NCBI GenBank assembly: GCA_964016885.1
Contig: OZ024740.1
Location: 113,522,001 to 113,586,000, forward strand
DNA from: Eledone cirrhosa
Lineage: Eukaryota
Length of the DNA stretch: 64,000 nt
Direction: 5' to 3'
Part shown: piece after piece, positions 13,489-27,394 of the stretch
How the letters are laid out: each line of letters starts with the position of its first letter
Position numbering within the stretch: position 1 is the stretch's first letter
Translations under genes and position numbers: made by a program
Notes under the pieces: model-generated
Told to the model about the DNA's origin: nothing
The model's input: the letters and a program-made list of their open reading frames with translations, nothing else
Databases searched by the model: none

Positions 13489-15107
13489 AGTTGCATTTAT
13501 CTTGCCTTATGTTCATACGAGTTATCACCAAGTCACAACCAGTGACCTCAAGAGACAACAAGGTCCGCCATGTTCAAGAAAGAACATACATACTCACACA
13601 TGCATCTTTAGTGTTTAGACTTGTGATGTACTTATATTGACAGAATCTTCCTTAGTATATGGGCAGTTCCCATTAGTACTATCTTTTATATTTCTCCTAT
13701 ACGTGGGTTTCCTGGGATTTGCGATAAGTAATCATTAGACCCCTTAGGTATCATTCCCAGAGCGCCTACAACCACTGGTATTGTTTTAGTTCTCAATTTC
13801 CACATTTTTCCAATTTGTATCTCCAGGTCCTTATACTTGCTCAATTTTTCAAATGTTTTTATAGATACATTCTTGTCTATTGGAACAGACATATCAATTA
13901 GCAGGCATACCCTCTTTTTAAAGTCCTTCAATATTATATCAGGTCTATTTGCATCTATTTTTCGGTCTGTTTGGATGCTAAAGTTCCACAAGATTGAGAT
14001 GTGATCTTTTTCAAGTATGGGAGGTGGTTGATGCTCCCACCAATTCTTTTGATGGGGCAGGTCAAAATGCTTACACATTATCCAATGTATGTATTGTGCA
14101 GCTCTGTCATGCCTGTTTAGGTATTCGGTTGGAGCTATAGGACTGCACATTGAAATTATATGGTCAATGGTCTCTGGTTGTGTTTTGCATACACGGCATA
14201 ATGGGCTGCATCCATTTTTTATTATGTTGGCTTGGTAATTTTTTGTTGGCAGACACTGATCTTGTGCTGATATAATCAGTCCTTCAGACTCCGATTTCAG
14301 TCCAGAGGATGCCAACCACTGATGGGTTAAAGTTTTGTCAACATCAGGATTGTTAGCTCGCTCTGGGTATTTTCCATACAGAGGCTTTTCTTGCCATTTC
14401 TTAGCCAGTTTCTGTAGCAGTTCTTTCTTTGCAGTTACTTTTACCTGCTTTGCTTTTTCTGTGTTTTCCATTTCAGCAGTAAATGGGACTTCTAAAATTT
14501 GTAGTCCATTACTGTATCTTTGTGCATTTTTTGTAATGGAATATGATCTTTTGATGCTTTCGTGTTTCAAAACGTGTTTGATCATCCAATCATGTGATTC
14601 CCTTAGATATGTAGATAATCCAATTGTTGCAGTTTTCAACGCAATGTCTAACTGGATTAACCCACGTCCTCCTTCTTTCCTGGGGAGATATATTCTATCT
14701 ATATCTGCCTTAGGGTGATGCATTCTGTGCATGGTTAAGAATTTTCGAATTTTTGTATCGAGCCTACGGATCTCTGTGCTTGACCAGTTGATGACATTGT
14801 AACTGTAGGTTACTACTGGTATGGCAAGCGTGTTTATGGCATCGATCCTATTCCTTGCATTCAATTCCGTTCTTAAGATTGCTCTTACTCTGCGGTAACA
14901 TTCCTTCCTTATCCTTTCCCTCATTGACGAGTGCTTGATTCTGTCTCCTTCACAAACACCTAGATATTTGTAAGTCTTTTCTTGATCAAATTCTCTTATC
15001 ACGTTCCCCCGATCAAGATTAATGTCTGAACTCTTCAGCAGCTTTCCTCTGGTGAACGTTGCTTTGGCGCATTTATCTAGTCCAAACTCCATTTTAATGT
15101 CATCACA
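13489..15107 (-). mobile_element. R4/Dong-type element, family B, 5'-truncated
   Basis: ORF 13686-15092 has FGLDKC, YKYLG, CRVC..HIISMC, RHD and NRPDI. (TTA)n on both sides. Confidence 0.9.
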
Positions 15108-15130
15108 TTATTATTATTATTATTATTATT

Positions 15131-15885
15131 ACAGTTGCATTTATCTTGATTTATGTTCATACGAGTTATCACTAAGTCACAACCAGTGACCTCAAGAGAC
15201 AACAAGGTCCGCCATGTTCAAGAAAGAACATACATATTCACACATGCATCTTTAGTGTTTAGACTTGTGATGTACTTATATTGACAAAATCTTCCTTAGT
15301 ATATGGGCAGTTCCCATTAGTACTATCTTTTGTATTTCTCCTATACGCGGTGTTTCCTGGGATTTGCGATAAGTAATCATTAGACCCCTTAGCTATCATT
15401 CCCAGAGCGCCTACAACCACTGGTATTGTTTTAGTTCTCAATTTCCACATTTTTCCAATTTTTATCTCCAGGTCCTTATACTTGCTCAATTTTTCAAATG
15501 TTTTTATAGATACATTCTTGTCTATTGGAACATACATATCAATTAGCAGGCATACCCTCTTTTGAAAGTCTTTCAATATTATATCATGTCAGTTTGCATC
15601 TATTTTTCGGTCTGTTTGGATGCTAAAGTTCCACAAGATTGAGATGTGATCTTTTTCAAGTATGGGAGGTGGTTGATGCTCCCACCAATTCTTTTGATGG
15701 GGCAGGTCAAAATGCTTACACATTATCCAATGTATGTATTGTGCAGCTCTGTCATGCCTGTTTAGGTATTCGGTTGGAGCTATAGGACTGCACATTGAAA
15801 TTATATGGTCAATGGTCTCTGGTTGTTTTTTGCATACACGGCATAATGGGCTGCACCCATTTTTTATTATGTTGGCTTGGTAATT
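15131..15885 (-). mobile_element. Second, shorter family-B Dong copy
   Basis: Near-identical to 13489-14240, with stops and a frameshift. Confidence 0.88.
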
Positions 15886-16457
15886 ATTCTTTGAGTCTCA
15901 GTCATTGATGTTAGTTAACTGGAAAGTTTGTTGAAATGAATATCAAGCCACTACGTGCAGCCTCAGATATTCAGGACGTATCGGAGAGTTCTTGCTGTTC
16001 CCAGCAAGCATGCCTTTCGAAGTGTTCCAAAAAGCGGGGCGGGTCCAATTTTCTTTAACCATCCTTGGAAACTTTTTGAGATAGTACCTAGTGCGCCTAT
16101 GACAATCGGGACCACTTTGACTTCATGTCAGTTCCAAATCCTTTTTACCTCCCACTTTAAGTCCTGGTATCGGTTAATTTTCTCCCTCTCCTTCTCTTGC
16201 ACTCTCATGTCGAATGGGCAGGCCACATCCACAATCAGGCACGATCTTTTTTGCTTGTCCAAAACCACCAGGTCAGGTGTTCCAGTTTCTTGTCCGTCTG
16301 TATCCTAAAATCCCACAGCACCTTCACCTGATCGTTTTCTATCACCGACTCTGGCTTGTGCTCATACCACTTCACAGAATGTGGTAAATTGTTTACTTTG
16401 CATAGGTGCCAGTGGATCACCCTGCCCATCACATCATGTCTCCAGCCCTTATAGTGA
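15886..16457 (-). mobile_element. Family-A Dong 3' fragment
   Basis: Matches 8311-8887. Confidence 0.88.
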
Positions 16458-16712
16458 ATTATTATTATTACTATTACTATTATTATTATTATTATTATTA
16501 TTGGCGACCTACGTAGGAAATCGTATTATCGTGAGCTCCGCAAAGGTTTGTTATTTCCGTTTGTTTAAAAATTGCCATTTATGGAAAATTTTATTGTAAA
16601 CTGTTTATAACCACACATACATTGTTTTCCGAAAAGGACACCCAAAAAGATTGGGGCCTTGTGCCCAAAATTTTAACTTTTATTATTATCCAAAAATTTT
16701 TTTGAAAAAAAA

Positions 16713-18714
16713 ATGGCTAATTCCCCTCTGCACGAAGCAGCTGAAAGCCTTCCTCACAAAATAACACCTCACACCGACACCACCATTGTAAATGTTACTA
16801 CGTTTGCCAACACAAAAAAAAATATAAGCAGTAGCAATATTTTAAATTTTAAATTTGACTCAGGCAGACATTCATTTCCCGCCATTACCAATGACTGCAG
16901 GTGTTAAACCCTCCACCACCACCACCACCGCAACAACCACCACCACCACCACCACCGCGACAACAGAAACAAAAGAAGAAAACAATAAATTAACTCGTGA
17001 CGTCGAAATGAAATCAAGCAAAATGGACTCTTCCCCACCAAAGACGACTGACGTCACAACCACCACAACTGAAAATAAAATTAATATTAACGATAGCAAC
17101 AACAACAACAATGACATTATAAAACCGACCCTCAGTTTCGCCATCGTAGCAAAACAATTCGAAGCGTTCACGGTAACCCAAGAAGATTTAGAAAATGCCA
17201 AACAAATGGTAAAGAAAGATGGGTACAGGGTCAGCCTCACCCCCCCCCCCCCCCACCTAATAAAATGGAGCATCGGCGCCTGTGCACCGTGTCGTATAGA
17301 ACAATAAATGTAAAATCGCGCCGAGTGGAACGGGCATCCGAGTCCCAAATCCAAAAAGCTTTGGGACATGTGTGGGCAAGAAAAACCCACATCAGACGTG
17401 GGCAAAAGTATGGAACCGTGGATGTGTTCTTTGAAACACCAGAGGAGGCTAGAGAACACTCCATGGCCCCATTAAAAAGTGACGACCTCACACTCGTCCC
17501 AAGCTATTGTGGCCAGAGACTCGTAAAGATCAGAGTGACCCACGTTCTACCGGCCATCGAAATTCCCTGGCTAATAGCGGCTGTCCTCACCGGCATCGAA
17601 GCCAACACGAAAATAATAGCAGTAGCAAAAGAAAAGCAGGAAAACTGGTCCGGATCTGGGATGGAGCTCCTGATCCAAGCGGACCAAAAAAGCATTGAGG
17701 AGATCCCAGAGGTAATAGACCTCACTGACGGCAGCCACCTCACGGTAATTGTCGAGGGCAGAAGACCTAGGTGTGTCGTTTGTGGTGAAGGAACCCACCT
17801 AAGGGCTTTCTGCCCTCAGGCTAAAAGGTTGAAACCACCTCTCCTACCCACCCCAGTGACAAAACCATCAACACCACCAGTAGCAGAGATGGCAGCAACA
17901 ACTGTAGCAGCAACAACAGAAGCAACTATAACAGCAACAACCCCAGCAACAGTAGCAAAACCAACACCACTACCACCACCAGCAAAACCAACACCACCAC
18001 CACCCAACGCTTCAGAACTAGCACCAGCGCCTACACCATCCACCACACCACAACCAAAACTAACGGCTGTGGAGGATTTTCCACTCCCCGGCCTATCACA
18101 ACTGGAGACAGATTGTGACGACGAGGAGTGGGAAACGATATCCGGAAAAAAAAAAAGAAACCAAAAAAGAAAAAAATTCTCTTCCTTCCCCCTCCAAAAA
18201 CAAAATACAGAGGGAAACAAATAAACTAAGAAACAAAAAAGTTAGGACAGATATGCCACCATCCACACCAGCATCACCAACCCCATCAACCCAAACACCA
18301 ACACCATCACCATCATCATCCCCAGCACCACCATCACCTACACCACAAAAGTCACCAAAAAGCGAAACAGAAACAAACCCACAACAAACGCAAACAAAAC
18401 AAAACAACCAAAACGATACACACTACACAGCATTAAATTTGAACAACAAGCAATTATTACACTACATCCAACACAACACCAGTATTACAGAAAAAGACTA
18501 CACAACAACCCCAAAATTCACACCACCTCCACACATACAAATCACTCGCATCACACAGAAAACGTACATGACACTAAAACAAAAATTCCCCAAAGACATC
18601 GGAGACTTCCGACAAGCACTCTCCAGGAGGATTTATAAGGACATCCTTCCTGAGGAGGCCACAAGCAGTGAAAAGGATGGAAAAGCCGTCCTTCCCCTAC
18701 GAGAAGTAAGGTAA
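16713..18714 (+). pseudogene. Tx1 ORF1 (gag-like), split over four overlapping frames
   Basis: Zinc knuckle CVVCGEGTHLRAFC in 17265-18224 and Pro/Thr-rich tracts. Frame changes fall near homopolymers (C-run ~17240, A-run ~18146). Confidence 0.65.
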
Positions 18715-18748
18715 GTGGTCTTTCCCATCTTTTCCACTCCTTTTCAAC

Positions 18749-21700
18749 ATGACCTCACTCAGAATAGGCAGCATAAATGCGCGTGGCTTGGGGTCGTCAT
18801 GGAAGCAGGGCCACCTGCTCAACGACCTCAGGTGACTAAACATAGATGTAGTGGCCATCAGCGAGACCAGAATCTCCGAAGCACAGGCTTTCGCACCGAT
18901 CTTCGGCGGCTACGATGTGTACGCATCTCCCAGCCGTCCGGGATCGGGGGGAGGAGTTGCTGTGCTTTTTCGGAGAGGTTTGGATCTTGCCATACGGGCC
19001 ATCTTCCTGGACCCAGAAGGTAAGTTGGTGGTGCTGGACGTGACCAGCGGAGACGGGCAAGCTTTCAGGTTAGTGGCCGTCTATGCCCCGACAGGAGCAG
19101 GGCGGCCTGATTTCTTCCGGCGTCTGGAGACCTTTCTTGGAACGTCCCGCTCTTTAGTGTTAGTGGGCGACTGGAACGGGATCTTAGATGCACGCTGGGA
19201 TTGTGTGGGATTAGTGGATAGGGAAGGAGGGTGCAAGAGTCTCACCAACCTGCTCAGACGTTTTGAACTGTCTGACAGGTACCGAATGGATTTCCCGAAT
19301 GTACCAATGTGGACTTGGACAAATCGCATAGGGTCATCCAGATCATATCTAGATAGAGTATTTTGTAGGGAAATAGATAGGTCTAGCATAGGCTGTCCAC
19401 AATTCAAGATAGTCAGCTACACGGACCACAAATTCGTGATCTGTGTGCTTGACTTAGATAGGCTTCAAAGTCGAGGACCCGGCTACTGGAAGCTAAACGC
19501 GTCCTTACCAGCGCGCAAGGCCTACAGAGACCGGATTAGCGAACTAGTTAAGCGGGCGTTGACGGGGGCCATCGTCAACAACAAGTGGTGGTTTGTTCTG
19601 AAAAGAGCAATTAGAATAGAGTCCATTAGGTTTAGTAAGACTTTAGCAATAGAGAAAAATAGAGCAGAGGGAGAATTAGTTAGAAAATTAGATGAGGCGC
19701 CTAGCAAAGGTATCGCGACCGACGTACTTGCGGCGAAATTGGCCCTTGACCAATTCTTCAATGCAAAGCACGAAGGCTGCGTTGTCAGAGCTAGGGTGCG
19801 TGCTCTCAGACACGAGGGGACGAAAGCCGTTGAATGGGCCCGAGTGGCGGAGGCGCGTCGTGGCAACAAAGCCACGATCCGGTCTTTGGTGGACCACGAC
19901 GGGCGCATGCTACTCGATCCCGGGCAAATGTGTGAAGCTTTTCAGCGACACTTCGCTCAACTGTTCGGGGGCAGTGGCGGGCCGGATCGAGGGATGGACT
20001 TTAGTGTCTACCTCGACGGACTGCCGCGGCTTTCGGCCACTGAGGCGGAGTGTTGCGAAAAGCCGATAACAACCGCTGAAGTACGGGATGCAATGACTAG
20101 TTGCACAAGGGGCAAATCGCCTGGTTTGGATGGTCTGCCCTATGAACTTTACGTACAAATGCCAAACTTGTTCGGAGGCCTCTTGGCGGACGTCTACTGC
20201 AACTGGCAACAGAACGGGAGAATTCCCAGCTCTGTGAGCCGAGGAGCGGTGGCGCTGCTGAGAAAGGATCCGAACAAGGGGGATAACATAGATAATTTTA
20301 GGCCCATAACTCTGCTAAACACAGAGTTCAAGATTTTGGCCAAGGTGCTAGCAAAGAGGTTGGCGCTTGTCGTTGGTGGTCTGGTGGGAGAGGCACAGAC
20401 ATGCGCCATTCCCGACAGATCCATCCACGACAACCTCCACCTCATGCGATACATCGTAGAGATGGTAGCTAGGGAACCTGGCACGGGTGGGTCTTTGATC
20501 AATTTAGATCAGTCGAAAGCCTTCGATAGGGTCGACCATCGTTACCTAGCGGCAGTCCTGAGGGCGGCTGGCTTTGGGCCCGTCTTCAGAGGCTGGATCG
20601 CTGCCATGCACAGCGACATCTGCTCTGTAGTGAGAGTGAACGGTCACCTTTCGGAACCGTTCAACATCATGCGCTCGGTCCGCCAAGGATGTCCCCTCTC
20701 GTCCCTATTGTACGTATTGACTCTCGAGCCATTACTGCACAAACTGGAGACGTTGAGGGGGGTCCCGCGCGAACTAGGATGCGGAAGATCCGTGTCAGCA
20801 TATGCGGACGATGTCACCGTAGTGGTGTCGAACGCCAAACACATCGAGGCGATCGGCACTACACTAAGAGAATACGAAGCGGTGACAGGAGCAATGATCA
20901 ACCAGGAAAAGTCAGTGGGCCTGCAGCTCGGCACCTGGAGAGGCAGGTCCATGCCGTCCAACAGCGTCGTCGGGCGCTGGACGGACGGACCGGTTAAATT
21001 GCTAGGGGTCTGGTTCGGTCCAGACCTCCAGACGGACAAAAACTGGGACGAGGTGACGAGCAGGGTGGCTTCTCTCACCCAGAAATGGGCCGAGAGGAAG
21101 CTATCCCTAAAAGGTCGAGCGGAGGTGGCGAATGCGTACATCGCATCCGTCATCTACTACCGCCTGACCGTCGTACCTTGTCCTAAGCCCCGCCTGACTG
21201 CGCTGGAGCGTTTGCTCTTTCGCTTCTTGTGGAAGGGACGCGCTCCGATGGTCAGGCGGTCCATCTGCTGTCAACACCCGCTACGTGGAGGGCTGGGCAT
21301 GCCGTGGCTGATGATGCGCAGACACGCGCTCAGGCTACGACATCTCCACCTCTTCCTCGACGGTGATCAGGTGTGGTCGCCGTTTGCAAGACACGTTTTT
21401 CCCCAGCTCGTCTCCTTGACGGAGCTGCAGTCCTGGGTCAAGCGAAGACCGAGAGGGAGCGCTTGGAGACTGAAATGTCTTCAGGCGCTCACAGCCCTCG
21501 ACCAATCGGGCAATGTGATCGGTGGAAACTCCACCTTGGCGTTCTATAGGGGATTAGTGGAGGGGAAGAGCGACGACGTACTTGGAGAAACTCTAGGCGT
21601 CGACGAAAATCAACTAGCCAATCTCTTCGGAAGGACTTTCGGGCCGGGGCCTATGGACAACTTCCAGAAATCCCTGGCCTGGCAGTGCTACCGAGGAGCT

Positions 21701-22168
21701 TTGCCAGTTCGGGATAAACTCTACAGGCATGGAGGTGCCGTCAGCCGGGCATGTCCGAGATGCGCGCAGGGCGACGAAACCGTCCTGCACGCACTCGTCC
21801 AGTGTCCGAGCATTGCTGACTTGTGGGTTTATGTCGAACACCTGCTGTCACGTGTAGGACGGATCCAGCTATCAGCTGAGTCCATCGTGAGGATTGCCCC
21901 ACCCCCTTCCTTTAGCCTGGAAGGGCAGGCAGTTTTTATCTGTCTGGTGGCCATGGCGAAAGAGATAGTATGGTGGACACGTTTGAAAGGGCTGAAGACG
22001 AGCACTTACCTCTTCGGTGATGCCCTGATTAACTTTTTCAAATTTCATTTGAAAAGGAAAATCAGGGTAGAGAGGGAAGTGCTCTCTTCCCAGCATTTTG
22101 TTGAAAGATGGGTGAGAGAAGCAAGTATGGCCCGAATGAATGGGCCTTCTCTGAGTATGTGTCTGTAA
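18749..22168 (+). CDS. Tx1 ORF2: APE endonuclease, reverse transcriptase and C-terminal CCHC, with one in-frame TGA at 18833
   Basis: ATG 18749 gives MTSLRIGSINARGL..R*LNIDVVAISET. Motifs VYAP, GDWN, YLDR, TDH, GYWKLN, KSPGLDG, FRPITLLN, KAFDRV, QGCPLS, AYADD, CPRC..HALVQC. Confidence 0.9.
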
Positions 22169-22433
22169 ATTAAAGGTGGAAAACTGGGAGAGGGCACTTG
22201 CCCTGGTGGTCAGGGCCACTGTGGTCTTTTAATGGGCTTTCTCCACAAATGTCCATTGGAAGTCTCCCCCCTATTGGGGAATTTTTCTTTGTTATTTTAT
22301 TTCAACCTCTGTTTTTTTTACACGCAGAAATGCCCATTTGTACCGTCCTGTATTGTCCTGTACTGTCCTTAATGTCTACTTTATGTGAACCCTTGTGGTT
22401 AATAAAGAAAACATTATTATTATTATTATTATC

Positions 22434-22474
<41 letters not shown>

Positions 22475-22878
22475 AATTAAAAAGATTTTCGCTCTACATG
22501 GCTGAATACAATAAATGTAATCTGAGATTTTCGAATATTAATAATAATATTCGATTCGTTTGCAATTATGCTAACATCCTCTTTTTTAAAGACAAGTCAG
22601 TAAAGTGAGCCCTCATTATTGGTCTTGTGTTGTCATGTAAACAGAACTGCAGACACTAATGTTTACATGCCAAAAGAAAAGCCATGTTAATAGAATGAGC
22701 ATTTCATTCTTGCTCTTGTTTTCGCCTGTAAACATTAGTGTCTGCAGTTCTGTTTACATGCCAACACAAGACCAAGCATGAGGGGCTCATTCTATTGACA
22801 TGGCTTTAAAAAATAGGCTGTTTTCATAATTGCAAATGAATTGAATATTGTTATTAGTATTCGAATCATTCAGATTAC

Positions 22879-23222
<344 letters not shown>

Positions 23223-23226
23223 ACCT

Positions 23227-23460
23227 AGAGTTGCGACCGATAGATAGTACTAGCAACTGGAAAGACCAACGGAAACATTGTTTTCTCGGTCAGATTTGAC
23301 GAAAGTCGATCGATCCCCCCAAAAATATACAGAGAGAGTAAATACCTATTTCTATATCCACTCTGTCCCTGCCCATGCATTGTATACGAATCATGGTCTC
23401 CCGGTCGCAGCACCGCATATTCTCTCCATATATCTAACTCTCTGTCTCTCTCTCACTCTA

Positions 23461-23519
<59 letters not shown>

Positions 23520-24211
23520 CTATATCTATATATAGTGACGAAACATAAGTCAATTGCATGAACTCACAATCCTTTATTTACTGCTATATATATTCGATGA
23601 TAGCCATTGAATGGATATGACCTCATGAGGCAGTTAGTCAGTTCTTAGATATGCCAGCTCTGTGTGTATAGTGTTGATGGTATCAGAGCCTTGGGACATA
23701 TATATATCCTTAGGGTACTGTTAAGGTGTCTCCGAACACAATACCTCATGTTATATGAATATGCTGCGGTGCCTTTTCTTGTGATTTCAAGATACAATCA
23801 CTCTCTAGGGATACTCAGCCAATAAACATCAATATAGGCATATATATCTCTTACATCATTGAATCTGAGGCTTAGTACATCCATAGAACATAGAACATCA
23901 GTAGTGTGGAGATCCTTTCGTCACCATTTTGTTACTGCAACACCACCTTACGGATGTTCAATCTTATCCTGAAATGTAATGAACTCTCTAGTCTCGGAAA
24001 AACCTACGACTATCAAGGGTACAGAATTTTCTTCGGGAGAAAAATGTTTGGCTAATTACACATCTCGTATATACAAATAATATGATGGAATATGCTATAG
24101 CAAAATGTTAGAATTCATAAATAGAAAGTAATGGAATGGAAAGAAACTGCCCATGAGATCGATCCAAGGAAACTGTGTTTTTATCCGTCTTTCTCTGTCG
24201 GTCGCAACTCT
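23227..24211. mobile_element. Possible non-autonomous TIR element truncating the SINE
   Basis: agagttgcgaccgatag / ctgtcggtcgcaactct inverted ends. Confidence 0.35.
23535..23700 (-). mobile_element. PLE-like end with mutated hammerhead (23580-23634), same family as 43780-43947
   Basis: Reverse complement of 43780-43947. Core reads CTCATGA and GAA, so it is probably inactive. Confidence 0.75.
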
Positions 24212-24399
24212 TAGAAAATCGTCACCGATTTTCTGTCCACTCCTTTAACAATTCTGCTAAATCAGCGTTCCTGAAATGGCACATATATACAAAATATATG
24301 GAAATGGCAAGTAATAGTTAATCACATTTGTTTTTAGCCAATCATCATGGCTCAAAGATAGTACATGCATATATCTACAAGCATATCAAAGTTGGGATT

Positions 24400-24875
24400 T
24401 CATACAATAGAAATTATGTCAACATTATGATATTTTAATAGAAACGTGATGGTATAAATTTACATCAGAAAAGGTCATAGAAAATGACAAAACAACCATG
24501 ATCTGAGATATGTCAACCCACACCGACAGAGCGATCAAGGCTAATTGTCCGGATTGTTGCCAATAAAACCAGGAAAGGAAATGCTCCCTAATCGACGCAT
24601 CAAACTCAACCCTGTGATAATAGGTGCCTTGGGAATGATTCACAAACAAAGGGTAGAAAAATACATACTCAAAATAGAACTTTAAAAAAATACAGAATAC
24701 ACAGATATTAGCACTGCTAGGTATTACATACATATTATGTAGAGTAATTTCAAGAGAATAGAATATATAAAACCAACACAATATAAGGCTAGTAGTTACA
24801 GGCAGCACAGTCACACCTAACCGTGTAATAAAAAGCAGTCCGTAACAATTCTATTGAAATAATAATAATAATAAC
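24400..24875 (+). pseudogene. Decayed Dong-type RLE 3' end
   Basis: IENDKTTMI*DMSTHTDRAIKANCPD-like reading followed by (TAA)n. Confidence 0.55.
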
Positions 24876-25079
24876 TTGTCTAACACAGGCACAATAACAG
24901 TAATTTTAGGACAGAGGAAAGACGACCCCAGTGTTTTATTATCTCTCACTGTAGGCTGAAACTCAACATTGACCTTGGTGGAATTTGAATTTAGAACATA
25001 GAGGGCCACAACAAAATCCTACAGTGCATTTCATCCCACGCAGTTACCATTTTCGCAATATATCATTCATAATAGTGAT

Positions 25080-25298
25080 AATTGGTTTTCTGATTTAGGT
25101 ACAAGGCCAGCAATTTTGGGAGAGGGAAAAGTCTATTAAATCGACACCAGTGCGTTACTGGTGCTTTATTTTATCGACCCGGTAAGGATGAAAGGCAAAT
25201 TAACCTTGCCGGTATTTGAACTCGGAACGTAAAGGACTGTAACTAAATGCTGCAAATCATTTCGTCCGACAGTTTACTAATACTGCCAATCCGTCGCT
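25080..25298 (-). mobile_element. tRNA-derived SINE, same family as 57255-57440
   Basis: Shares ttttatcgaccc..aggatgaaaggcaaa..aacct..tttgaactc. Confidence 0.8.
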
Positions 25299-25304
25299 CT
25301 ATAG

Positions 25305-25790
25305 ACCCCTTTGCTTTTCTATATGCCACTTCCTCTGCTAAGTCTGTTACTGCGAAGGACAGGCTATGGATATAAAGTAGACAACAGACATTATAGTCAT
25401 TTTCTTTATATGGATGATATCAAGCTATTTGCAAACAATGATCAGGAGCTGGAAGGTTTACTGCACACAGTGAAACAATTCAGTGATGACATCCATGTGG
25501 ATTTTGGATGGACAAGTGTGCAAGAGCCACATTCAACAAAGGGTTACTCCCTATACATAAAATATATTGCCATAGACCAACAAACCACCACGATTGAACG
25601 TAACAATGAAGAGTTCTACAAATATCATGGAGTTAATGAAGGAGATGGAATCCAGCATGTAAGTATGAAGAATATTTATTCAAACATACGGAAGGTATAC
25701 AGGGAGATGAGACTGGTAACAAAACTTGAGCTAAACTCCTGCAACAAGTTCAGTCATTAACATTTCACGTACCTGTATATATAACTTTTG
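25305..25790 (+). pseudogene. Decayed Dong-type RT fragment
   Basis: HFLYMDDIKLFA..VKQFSDDI..YKYHGVNEGDGIQH. Confidence 0.8.
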
Positions 25791-25859
25791 TGACTAATTA
25801 TAATTTACTCGTGCTTTGGACTGGGTGCTCTTACCATTGGATATTTTTACAAAAGTTTT

Positions 25860-25933
<74 letters not shown>

Positions 25934-26085
25934 AAAACTTTTGTAAAAATATCCAATGGTAAGAGCACCCAGTCCAAAGCACGAGTAAATTATAATTAGT
26001 CACAAAAGTTATATATACAGGTACGTGAAATGTTAATGACTGAACTTGTTGCAGGAGTTTAGCTCAAGTTTTGTTACCAGTCTCA
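25708..26085. repeat. Perfect 378-bp palindrome centred on (TA)n
   Basis: 25708-25866 is the reverse complement of 25927-26085. The ORF track gives identical ORFs on both strands. Confidence 0.92.
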
Positions 26086-26389
26086 CTCTCGATACGCAAT
26101 AAATATTTTTCGACACAACAAAAATATATCTTTTGTCGGATCATCAATCTGAGGAACCGATCGATACTAGAATCGTGTACATAACTCCTATGGCTCACCT
26201 CGAGCCAATCCCCTGCGAAACGCGTGTAACAGGACGATACGCAATAAATATTTTTCATATGTAAACGAAACTTCCTCGTTTTTTCTAGTATATACACTCT
26301 GCCTGTGCATAGAGTACTTGATTTGGTACCAACAGCAGTATTTCACCGTACTACCTACCTACACCATATATATATATATATATATTCCT

Positions 26390-26830
26390 GATTTCATTCC
26401 TGAGACATCCTAACCACATGCCCATATTATCAGAGCTGTGATCTCTCAATCCGGAGAACTAGATATTGCTCTACCTGGAGTGACTCTCTGATCTCCGAAA
26501 TATGCACTTTATCGAGTAACGTTAGTTCAAAGACCCTTCAGAGGAACCCTATTTCGGCCGCTTGTATGTGCAATTGTTTTCTTTCGGCCAAGATTCATGA
26601 CCCTCGGTAATGGTTGGCAGAAATAACTGGAAGACAGCGAGTTTGGCTTTTACACTGACCTCCGTTCTTCTGATTACTGAATGCTGACGTTGGCACATTA
26701 CTGCATCAGCTTTTGCAATTCATGCACTTAATTCAGCCTCCTGCCATCCATCACTCATGAACACGGCCCCGAGATATTTGAACTTCTCTACCTACTTCAG
26801 TGGATCTTCATTCACATGTATATACATTTG
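26390..26830 (-). pseudogene. Decayed RTE-like RT C-terminal fragment
   Basis: Minus strand reads EKFKYLGAVFMSDG. Confidence 0.5.
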
Positions 26831-27394
26831 AGCCACACCAGTCCGTCACACAATGTGTGTGTGTGTTTGTTTGAATGTATGTGTATGTAAAAGAAGGAAG
26901 CTGATACACACATATATATATGTCTCTAACTTAAAAAATGGTGACACACATACGTCTCTAATTTAAGGACGCCGCCAAACTCACGCGCGCCCACATACAC
27001 ACACTGTCCTATTACCTCTTAAGAGCTTTGGCCCCTGCCAATATCCCCTCAATTTTAGAACCATCTCTTTCACTCTCTATATCTATCTATATATCCCTCT
27101 TTCTCACTCTGTCTATATATATGTTAGTTGAACTGGTGGTGGTAACGATATACCGGAAGTGTTGAAATTTGAAACTTCCAAAAGAAGTGAATTTTGAAAT
27201 AAGCAATTAAATTATTTATAGTTAATCAAGATTTACGAAATTTAGTACCTAAATTATATAATATTCATTCCTTATTTAATCAAAGTAATCCAACTTATTT
27301 TACTAACGGGATAAGAAATATGTAAACATGACATATATAGATAAGCCCATATCATAAAATAGAACCTAAATGTATTGCTTGTTAAGTCTCATTT

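Larger units (their letters stand above)
16501..22412 (+). mobile_element. Apparently full-length Tx1-type (L1 group) non-LTR retrotransposon in (TTA)n
   Basis: Two-ORF layout, GC-richer than its flanks, AATAAA near the 3' end, (TTA)n on both sides. Confidence 0.85.

Noticed and set aside
6298-16500. CRISPR-like alternation of repeats and unique blocks
   Set aside because: The blocks are LINE fragments separated by microsatellite. There is no constant repeat/spacer length and no cas gene.
18833-18835. Programmed readthrough in Tx1 ORF2
   Set aside because: TGA-CTA is a readthrough-compatible context, but a single point mutation is simpler and cannot be excluded without other copies.
19081-22219. 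Antisense and alternate-frame ORFs over Tx1 ORF2 (similar ones overlie the Dong copies)
   Set aside because: They are shadow ORFs of GC-richer coding sequence with no recognisable motifs.
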